Below the pieces are notes generated by a model. That model was not told the DNA's origin, did not search any database, and saw nothing but the letters and a program-made list of their open reading frames with translations. A program made the translations under genes and the position numbers. A stretch of 64,000 nt of DNA from a virus (taxonomy: Duplodnaviria > Caudoviricetes): the IMG/VR virus record IMGVR_UViG_3300007177_000042; one strand, given 5' to 3'. Shown here piece after piece: positions 1 through 5,158 of the stretch (its first letter is position 1; every line of letters begins with the position of its first letter).

Positions 1-77
1 AGTCATCGAAATATGCCATGATTTAATATATCATTAAAAAAATCGAATTGATTGTTTTATTTACTACTTAAAATTGC

Positions 78-1010
78 ATGAAATCTAACTCAAAAATTTA
101 CGTTGCTGGACATAATGGTATGGTAGGCTCTGCCATCTGGAGATCATTATTATCGAAAGGATATGACAATTTGATGGGAGCATCCAGTAGGGATTTGGAT
201 TTGAAAGATCAGCAAAAGGTCAACAATTTTTTTGAAATCACAAATCCGGAGTATGTTGTGGTTGCTGCTGCAAAAGTTGGTGGTATTGTTGCCAACAGTA
301 CATATCCAGCGGAATTTATTTACAACAACCTTCAGATTCAAAACAACTTAATTGAATCATCTCGACGATATGGTGTAAAAAAATTGTTGTTTTTGGGAAG
401 CAGTTGTATCTATCCTAAGTATGCTCCACAGCCGATTCGTGAAGAACATTTGTTGACAGGCACTCTTGAACCTACAAATGAATGGTATGCTCTGGCAAAA
501 ATTGCAGGAATCAAGATGTGTCAGGCATATCGCAAACAATACGGGTGTAACTTCATAAGTGCTATGCCGTGTAACTTGTATGGAGAACGTGATAATTTCG
601 ATTTGAATACTTCACATGTTTTGCCAGCGTTGATTCGAAAGTTTCACGAAGCCAAAGTCTACAACAAGCCACAAGTCGTTTGCTGGGGAACGGGTACGCC
701 TATGAGAGAGTTCCTTTACGTAGATGATTTGGCGGACGCCTGTGTATTTTTGTTAGAGAGTTACGATGAAGATCAACACATCAATGTTGGATTCGGTGAA
801 GACATTACAATCAAACAAGCAGTTGAAACCGTCCGTGATGTTGTTGGTTATGAAGGAGAAATTGTATGGGACACTACAAAGCCAGATGGAACGCCACGAA
901 AGATAATGGATAGCACAAGAATTCAAAACATGGGGTGGAAACCAAAAGTTCAGTTACGAGAGGGATTGGAAAAAACTTACTATTGGTTCAAAAATTCTGT
1001 ACGTTTTTGA
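78..1010 (+). CDS. fcl: GDP-L-fucose synthase (extended SDR epimerase/reductase)
   Basis: AGHNGMVGSA Rossmann motif, AAAKVGGI, LFLGSSCIYPK, catalytic YALAK, PCNLYG, GTGTPMREFLYVDD, PDGTPRK. Confidence 0.93.
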   Translation: MKSNSKIYVAGHNGMVGSAIWRSLLSKGYDNLMGASSRDLDLKDQQKVNNFFEITNPEYVVVAAAKVGGIVANSTYPAEFIYNNLQIQNNLIESSRRYGVKKLLFLGSSCIYPKYAPQPIREEHLLTGTLEPTNEWYALAKIAGIKMCQAYRKQYGCNFISAMPCNLYGERDNFDLNTSHVLPALIRKFHEAKVYNKPQVVCWGTGTPMREFLYVDDLADACVFLLESYDEDQHINVGFGEDITIKQAVETVRDVVGYEGEIVWDTTKPDGTPRKIMDSTRIQNMGWKPKVQLREGLEKTYYWFKNSVRF

Positions 1011-1026
1011 AATTTGCCAATATGTA

Positions 1027-1056
1027 TTGACAGAATGAAGAATCAATCCGTACAGT
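1027..1056 (+). promoter_or_regulatory. sigma70-like promoter
   Basis: TTGACA-N18-TACAGT. Confidence 0.6.
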
Positions 1057-1062
1057 CAAGTG

Positions 1063-1177
1063 TAGTCGCCGGACAATCAAGTCCAGCGCTATTGCCTAGC
1101 TTAAGCTAGAACTGACTAACGGTAAATTTGCTAAAGAACAAACCGTTGGTCCACAAAACCAACGGTTTTTTGTTTTT
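1063..1177 (+). ncRNA. candidate small RNA or attenuator between a promoter and a terminator
   Basis: No ORF on the + strand; stems TAGTC/GACTA, GGAC/GTCC, CTAGC/GCTAG, then a terminator. Confidence 0.45.
1140..1177 (+). terminator. intrinsic terminator
   Basis: AAACCGTTGGT-ccacaaa-ACCAACGGTTT followed by a T tract. Confidence 0.8.
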
Positions 1178-1186
1178 GAGCAAGGC

Positions 1187-1214
1187 TTGACTTTTCAAAG
1201 AGACGTGGTATAGT
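1187..1214 (+). promoter_or_regulatory. sigma70-like promoter at the head of the tRNA array
   Basis: TTGACT-N16-TATAGT. Confidence 0.6.
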
Positions 1215-1238
1215 GAATGGACAATAAAGAACGACAAT

Positions 1239-1403
1239 ATGGAAAACGACATTGACAATACAACGCAGTTGGATTACCTTAGAAACAAGATGTTGAATGA
1301 ACGGTATCCAACATACCAATACTACATGGCAATTAAGCAAGTTGCTGATAGTATTTTTCCTGAACCGGAATACAAGTATTTGAAATTGTTGAATATTGAG
1401 TAA
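1239..1403 (+). CDS. small hypothetical protein (54 aa, MENDIDNTTQLDYLRNKM...)
   Basis: Translated by hand; below the ORF-track cutoff; directly follows a promoter. Confidence 0.55.
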   Translation: MENDIDNTTQLDYLRNKMLNERYPTYQYYMAIKQVADSIFPEPEYKYLKLLNIE

Positions 1404-1412
1404 AAAAATTTT

Positions 1413-1496
1413 GGGCTTGAAACTCTATCTGGTGTGCCCTTCGTAAGATAAAACACTTGATCGGTCAACTGGTGTTATCCTAGTAGAGAACCAGTA
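1413..1496 (+). ncRNA. candidate pseudoknotted RNA
   Basis: GGGC/GCCC stem whose loop (CTCTA-T-CTGG) can pair with CCTAG-TAGAG at 1479-1488, enclosing a long hairpin at 1447-1479. Confidence 0.35.
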
Positions 1497-1522
1497 TGGC
1501 GATAAATTGGTACAAATTTAAC

Positions 1523-1597
1523 GGGCGGTTAGCTCAGTGGAAGAGCAGATCCTTTACACGGATAAGGTCAGAGGTTCAAATCCTTTACCGCCTACCA
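1523..1597 (+). tRNA. trnV: tRNA-Val(TAC)
   Basis: Cloverleaf, loop TT-TAC-AC, TTCAAAT T loop, encoded CCA. Confidence 0.92.
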
Positions 1598-1604
1598 TTT
1601 TTAT

Positions 1605-1682
1605 CGGAGTGTAGCTCAACTTGGCTAGAGCGCTTGCTTTGGGAGCAAGAAGTTGCAGGTTCAAATCCTGTCACTCCGACCA
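1605..1682 (+). tRNA. trnP: tRNA-Pro(TGG), canonical
   Basis: CGGAGTG/CACTCCG acceptor, CTTGC/GCAAG stem, TGG anticodon, CCA. Confidence 0.93.
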
Positions 1683-1688
1683 TTTTAC

Positions 1689-1766
1689 GGTGATATAGAC
1701 CAACTGGAAGGAGTCGTTACTTTGAGAGAGTAAATAGTGCAGGTTCGAATCCTGTTATCACCACCA
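1689..1766 (+). tRNA. trnL: tRNA-Leu(GAG), short variable loop
   Basis: GGTGATA/TATCACC acceptor, TTACT/AGTAA stem, loop TT-GAG-AG, 5-nt variable loop ATAGT, CCA. Confidence 0.85.
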
Positions 1767-1769
1767 ATT

Positions 1770-1853
1770 CGGCATATGATGTAATAGAAGCCATGCGAGT
1801 CTTAGAAGCTCGTGGAGAAATCCGTGGGGGTGCAAGTCCCTCTATGCCGACCA
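1770..1853 (+). tRNA. trnL: tRNA-Leu(TAG)
   Basis: CGGCATA/TATGCCG acceptor, loop CT-TAG-AA, long variable arm, CCA. Confidence 0.85.
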
Positions 1854-1860
1854 ATTTAAT

Positions 1861-1938
1861 GGCTACGTAGACCAACCGGAAGGAGTCGTCTATCTCAAAA
1901 ATAGAATAGTGCTGGTTCGAATCCAGTCGTAGCTACCA
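1861..1938 (+). tRNA. trnL: tRNA-Leu(CAA), short variable loop
   Basis: GGCTACG/CGTAGCT acceptor, TCTAT/ATAGA stem, loop CT-CAA-AA, variable loop ATAGT, CCA. Confidence 0.85.
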
Positions 1939-1947
1939 ATTTATAAT

Positions 1948-2032
1948 GGGTGTGTGGACACGGCGAAACTGGAAGAAGCGTCTCATTTAAAACGAGAAGT
2001 CCTTGTGAGTTCGAATCTCACCACACCTACCA
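1948..2032 (+). tRNA. trnL: tRNA-Leu(TAA), atypical (about 6 extra nt before the D arm)
   Basis: GGGTGTG/CACACCT acceptor, loop TT-TAA-AA, GTGAG-TTCGAAT-CTCAC T arm, CCA. Confidence 0.72.
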
Positions 2033-2038
2033 ATTTAT

Positions 2039-2114
2039 GGGCTGGCATGTTCTAAGGGAGCGAGACTGTTTTGCAAACAATCTGTTGTGAGTTCGATTCT
2101 CATCTGGTCCACCA
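2039..2114 (+). tRNA. trnA: tRNA-Ala(TGC)
   Basis: G3:U70 wobble, loop TT-TGC-AA, T arm GTGAG-TTCGATT-CTCAT, CCA. Confidence 0.8.
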
Positions 2115-2126
2115 ATTTTTTTGCTA

Positions 2127-2220
2127 GTTTGAACGTAACCACATATTCATGTGGACGAGGGGACGACCCCGCTTAGACGCACTAAGAAGATTTGTTCTTA
2201 GTGGTAAGACGGCTTCAAAC
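2127..2220 (+). ncRNA. orphan multibranch RNA A
   Basis: Closing stem GTTTGAA/TTCAAAC around hairpins CCACAT/ATGTGG, GGGG/CCCC and CACTAAGAA/TTCTTAGTG. Confidence 0.55.
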
Positions 2221-2234
2221 GGTACACATTTTAT

Positions 2235-2324
2235 GGAAGGGTGGCTGAGTGGCTTAAGGCGTCGGTCTTGAAAACCGAAGGGGCCTCAAAACCTCCGGGG
2301 GTTCGAATCCCTCTCCTTCCTCCA
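2235..2324 (+). tRNA. trnS: tRNA-Ser(TGA)
   Basis: TCGGT/ACCGA stem, loop CT-TGA-AA, long variable arm, CCA. Confidence 0.92.
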
Positions 2325-2330
2325 ATTTAT

Positions 2331-2424
2331 GGATGGTAGACGAATAGTTAGTTAGTCGTATCTGTTTGCTAAACAGACGTGGCCTAAAAAACCACTGTGG
2401 GGGCAGCACCCACATCATCCGCCA
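2331..2424 (+). tRNA. trnS: tRNA-Ser(GCT), atypical D and T loops
   Basis: GGATGGT/ATCATCC acceptor, loop TT-GCT-AA, T loop GGCAGCA, CCA. Confidence 0.82.
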
Positions 2425-2430
2425 ATTTGT

Positions 2431-2517
2431 GGAACATAAACCGGACAGCCGTGCCGGAACTGATTCGAAATCAGATTGCACTATGTGTGTGGGGTTGAAG
2501 TCCTCTGTGTTCCGCCA
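2431..2517 (+). tRNA. trnS: tRNA-Ser(CGA), 8/4 fold
   Basis: 8-bp acceptor GGAACATA/TGTGTTCC, 4-bp T stem GGGG/CCTC, loop TT-CGA-AA, G73, CCA. Confidence 0.85.
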
Positions 2518-2519
2518 AT

Positions 2520-2607
2520 GGAGAGTAAACCAGTTAGGTACTGGGGTTGATTGGAAATCAGCACGCACCTTGAAAGGTGTGAGTTTCGAATACTCTGCTC
2601 TCCTCCA
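2520..2607 (+). tRNA. trnS: tRNA-Ser(GGA), 8/4 fold
   Basis: 8-bp acceptor GGAGAGTA/TGCTCTCC, 4-bp T stem GAGT/ACTC with loop TTCGAAT, loop TT-GGA-AA, CCA. Confidence 0.87.
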
Positions 2608-2623
2608 TTTAATAACACTCCAC

Positions 2624-2652
2624 TTGACATTGGAACCGAGAACTGATAGATT
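2624..2652 (+). promoter_or_regulatory. internal sigma70-like promoter in the tRNA array
   Basis: TTGACA-N17-TAGATT. Confidence 0.6.
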
Positions 2653-2696
2653 GATATCGTTCCTTGAAGAAATCGGAGATTGTCAAAAGATTTTAT

Positions 2697-2788
2697 GGTG
2701 AGGTGTCTGAGTGGTCTAAAGAGACAGTTTGCTAAACTGTTGTACGGTTAACCCCGTACCGAGGGTTCGAATCCCTCCCTCACCGCCA
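2697..2788 (+). tRNA. trnS: tRNA-Ser(GCT), canonical
   Basis: ACAGT/ACTGT stem, GCT anticodon, long variable arm, TTCGAAT T loop, CCA. Confidence 0.93.
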
Positions 2789-2793
2789 ATTTT

Positions 2794-2867
2794 GCGGGTA
2801 TAGCTCAATGGTAGAGTGTCAGTCTTCCAAACTGATTATGCGGGTTCAATTCCCGCTACCCGCTCCA
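2794..2867 (+). tRNA. trnG: tRNA-Gly(TCC)
   Basis: GCGGGTA/TACCCGC acceptor, loop CT-TCC-AA, U73, CCA. Confidence 0.93.
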
Positions 2868-2877
2868 AGTTTATGAC

Positions 2878-2951
2878 TGGGGATTTGCATAATGGTAGTG
2901 CAGGAGACTTTGGATCTCTTAGTGAAGGTTCGATTCCTTCATCCCCTGCCA
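2878..2951 (+). tRNA. trnQ: tRNA-Gln(TTG)
   Basis: Loop CT-TTG-GA, TTCGATT T loop, G73, CCA; U1-U72 mismatch. Confidence 0.88.
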
Positions 2952-2963
2952 ACATTTATATAT

Positions 2964-3061
2964 GTCAGTTAAGGGTCTAACTTTAGAGAAATTGTAACTA
3001 GTGATCATATGTTACAAAAGTAAATTCTAGTTGTCGAAAGGCACGTTGATCAAACACTGAC
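2964..3061 (+). ncRNA. orphan structured RNA C
   Basis: GTCAGT/ACTGAC closing stem, GGTC(T)AAC/GTTGATC, TGTAAC/GTTACA, TGTC-GAAA-GGCA GNRA hairpin. Confidence 0.55.
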
Positions 3062-3070
3062 TGAAATTTT

Positions 3071-3191
3071 GTTACGATAGATACATGGTAAACACAGTTA
3101 AGTGTTCGTGGAATCAAAATAATCGTCTAATAAATATAGGACGATAAATACCACCAAGATCGCATGTCGCTATAGCAAACTTTATCGTAAC
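3071..3191 (+). ncRNA. orphan structured RNA D
   Basis: GTTACGATA/TATCGTAAC closing stem, ACATG/CATGT, AACAC/GTGTT, GTGG/CCAC with inner TCGTC/GACGA. Confidence 0.6.
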
Positions 3192-3199
3192 GTTTTTAT

Positions 3200-3275
3200 C
3201 GGAGTGTAATGTCAAAAGTAGACGGCCTGTTTTGGAGACAGGAGGTTGAGATTGCGAAATTCTCCACTCCGACCA
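3200..3275 (+). tRNA. trnP: tRNA-Pro(TGG), atypical elbow
   Basis: CGGAGTG/CACTCCG acceptor, CCTGT/ACAGG stem, T loop TGCGAAA, no GG in D loop, CCA. Confidence 0.8.
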
Positions 3276-3325
3276 TTTTAATTTGTCTCGCCGAAAATAA
3301 CGGTTGCATATCTACCAAGTAAAAT

Positions 3326-3401
3326 CGGGCGTGAGGAAGATAGCTAATCCGCGCCGTTTGGGACGGCGAGACACCGGGAGCAATACCCGGACGCCCGACC
3401 A
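3326..3401 (+). tRNA. trnP: tRNA-Pro(TGG), atypical elbow
   Basis: CGGGCGT/ACGCCCG acceptor, CGCCG/CGGCG stem, T loop AGCAATA, CCA. Confidence 0.8.
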
Positions 3402-3406
3402 TTTAT

Positions 3407-3480
3407 TGGGGTTTAGTATAAAAGTATTATGGCTCGCTTTGAACGAGAGGACGGTGGAGCATTACCATCAACCCCAGCCA
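3407..3480 (+). tRNA. trnQ: tRNA-Gln(TTG), atypical elbow
   Basis: TGGGGTT/AACCCCA acceptor, loop CT-TTG-AA, T loop AGCATTA, CCA. Confidence 0.8.
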
Positions 3481-3490
3481 AATTAATAAT

Positions 3491-3594
3491 CAGCGTGTAG
3501 ACCAACATTAAAGAGTCAATTCCCACAAGGGAACAATGAGTGTGGCTTGAAAGAGATGTCTATGTGACAGGTGAAAATCCCACTACGCTGACCA
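3491..3594 (+). ncRNA. expanded tRNA-like RNA X1 (Leu-type scaffold, collapsed anticodon loop, 25-nt T-stem insertion)
   Basis: CAGCGTG/TACGCTG acceptor + ACCA; D arm TAGACC...GAGTC as in neighbouring Leu tRNAs; TTCCC-ACAA-GGGAA; GTGG[25 nt]G-TGAAAAT-CCCAC. Confidence 0.6.
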
Positions 3595-3636
3595 TTTATT
3601 TAAAATCAAAACTATTTATTGCGTAGGAGTTCAATT

Positions 3637-3861
3637 ATGAATATCAAAAACGCAATAAAAATGTTTGTAGTCACAAATTTATGTTTGTTGACATTAACCG
3701 CTGCCGGATTTCAAACGGAAAAATCAATTGAGACGTATAGAAAAAATTATACATCGTTGGTTTCTAAATGGAAGAAAGAAAAAAACGTTGAAAAGAAGAA
3801 AATTCTTCGTCAACAAATTGAACAGTTGAAAGAAAACAATGTTCATCTGTTCAAAAAGTAA
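3637..3861 (+). CDS. small Lys-rich hypothetical protein with hydrophobic N-terminus
   Basis: AGGAG RBS before ATG 3637 (track start 3619 is a non-ATG extension). Confidence 0.65.
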   Translation: MNIKNAIKMFVVTNLCLLTLTAAGFQTEKSIETYRKNYTSLVSKWKKEKNVEKKKILRQQIEQLKENNVHLFKK

Positions 3862-3866
3862 TTTAT

Positions 3867-3940
3867 TGGGGATTAGTATAAAAGCATTATAACTGACTCT
3901 GAATCAGAAGAAGGTGGAGCATTACCATCATCCCCAGCCA
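3867..3940 (+). tRNA. trnQ: tRNA-Gln(CTG), atypical elbow
   Basis: TGGGGAT/ATCCCCA acceptor, loop CT-CTG-AA, T loop AGCATTA, CCA. Confidence 0.82.
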
Positions 3941-3962
3941 ATTTTGTTACTATTTATACAAT

Positions 3963-4322
3963 ATGATAAAAGCAATCTTAACAAGTATGTTATTGTCCAT
4001 ATCAGTAATGGCATCAGAAAAAACATTGTTGAGTGAGGTTATAGATTTGACCAAAGAGAAAATTTCAAATGAAATCATTGTTGATTATATCAAGACGAAA
4101 CCATTGTTGATTAAGTTATCTGCTCAGAATATAATTGAATTAAAGAAAGAAAAAGTTGATGATGCGGTTGTGAAATTTTTGATTCAAAAGTCTGAGTATG
4201 AAGAGAAGATTAAACTGGTGTTGGATAACTATGACAAAATAGTTGAATATAACAACTACATATATTTTCAAAAAACATATTTGGAGCCGAGAGCAAAAGC
4301 TATGGCTGTCAAATATAATTGA
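3963..4322 (+). CDS. hypothetical protein with signal-peptide-like N-terminus
   Basis: 119-aa ORF, MIKAILTSMLLSISVMA hydrophobic leader, preceded by CTATTTATAC. Confidence 0.7.
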   Translation: MIKAILTSMLLSISVMASEKTLLSEVIDLTKEKISNEIIVDYIKTKPLLIKLSAQNIIELKKEKVDDAVVKFLIQKSEYEEKIKLVLDNYDKIVEYNNYIYFQKTYLEPRAKAMAVKYN

Positions 4323-4323
4323 A

Positions 4324-4638
4324 TTTGACACAAGTGACTCTACGCTGGTGTAAATAACACTAGAGGAAGTTCGCTGCTGCACAGCAGATGATTGGGAGGA
4401 CATAAGTTAACTTCAAATTGCCCACAACGATTAAAAGATTGCAATTCCGTGGAAGCAAGGAGCAATCCGGTTAACCTCAGTCCGTTAAAACCACAAATTA
4501 GCAGTAATCCTAAATAACCCGAGTGTAGTGCTGCACGTTGAAGGGTGAGGTTGGAGCAGTTGTTTTTAACGAACAACCAGTAGTAATACTGAGAGAAATG
4601 TAGGGATAAAACAGAACAGCGGCTATGGCTGTGTCAAA
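4324..4638 (+). ncRNA. rnpB: RNase P RNA
   Basis: P1 TTTGACACA/TGTGTCAAA; P4 GAGGAAGTTCGCTG (4363-4376) pairs with ACAGAACAGCGGCTAT (4611-4626) with the bulged U; about 315 nt. Confidence 0.85.
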
Positions 4639-4644
4639 AATCTT

Positions 4645-4726
4645 GTGGTGGTTTGACCACGGCGTGAGGGACACGATACACCCCTGTATGTCTGACCCGG
4701 ACGAAACGACCCGTAAGGGTAGGGTT
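4645..4726 (+). promoter_or_regulatory. structured leader upstream of feoA (riboswitch-like candidate)
   Basis: Three hairpins; the last 3' strand AGGGTT lies 8 nt before the ATG. Confidence 0.45.
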
Positions 4727-4734
4727 GAATTTTG

Positions 4735-4944
4735 ATGAAAACATACAAGTTAACAGAGCTTAAAGCCGGAGAAAAAGGGCGAATTGTTGAAGTTAACATT
4801 GATAGTCAACGGTTAAAAGAACTTGGCATTATTCGTGGTGCAATTATAACCGTAGTTACAAACAATTTAATTTGTATGATTTGTAATACCCGAATTTGTT
4901 TGGGTAAACCGATGACAGACAATATCATCGTTGAAAAGATGTGA
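4735..4944 (+). CDS. feoA: FeoA-domain (SH3-like ferrous iron transport) protein
   Basis: LTELKAGEKGRIVEV...RLKELGIIRGAIITVV...RICLG...IIVE matches the FeoA pattern. Confidence 0.8.
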   Translation: MKTYKLTELKAGEKGRIVEVNIDSQRLKELGIIRGAIITVVTNNLICMICNTRICLGKPMTDNIIVEKM

Positions 4945-5069
4945 TCGTTGGTGTATAGAATTATAGCACGCTACACGTTGAGAGGGTAGAGGAGATCGAA
5001 GTTGACGGGTTAGACATTATCAGGAACGTTTCGTGAAATCCCCGTATATTCGCAAGTCACGGTCATCCA
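4942..5069 (+). ncRNA. expanded tRNA-like RNA X2
   Basis: Acceptor TGATCGT/ACGGTCA + TCCA; D arm GTGT/GCAC; CTAC/GTAG arm containing TTGAGAG; T arm replaced by a longer domain with ACGGG/CCCGT. Confidence 0.5.
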
Positions 5070-5071
5070 AT

Positions 5072-5158
5072 TTCACAAACACCCGATTGGAGGATTCCTT
5101 AAGGGTTTGGGCGCATGTGCCGCACAGCTTTTTAGCGTATAATAGCACGGTTTGTGAA
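5072..5158 (+). ncRNA. orphan structured RNA E
   Basis: TTCACAAAC/GTTTGTGAA closing stem, CCCGA/TTGGG, GTGC/GCAC, GCT-TTTT-AGC. Confidence 0.45.

Noticed and set aside
1770-2324. Anticodons TAG, TAA and TGA as possible stop-codon suppressors or a recoded genome
   Set aside because: These anticodons read CUA, UUA and UCA. No CTA, TTA or TCA anticodon was found, and long genes translate intact in code 11 with TAA, TAG and TGA all used as stops
2624-2686. Possible structured RNA closed by TTGACA/TGTCAA
   Set aside because: Better explained as a TTGACA-N17-TAGATT internal promoter; internal pairing is weak
3285-3317. Short segment ending in ACCA between two Pro tRNAs
   Set aside because: Only a 3-bp hairpin and no acceptor stem; at most a tRNA remnant
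4683-4726. Hammerhead-like core (GTC...GAC-GAAAC plus GTAA hairpin)
   Set aside because: Lacks CUGAnGA and the stem III-UH cleavage triplet; kept only as part of the feoA leader
1413-5158. HDV-like theta ribozymes at tRNA 3' ends
   Set aside because: By eye no element shows the P3/L3 spacing or begins directly at a tRNA 3' end, and tRNAs already encode CCA; a descriptor search would be needed to exclude fully
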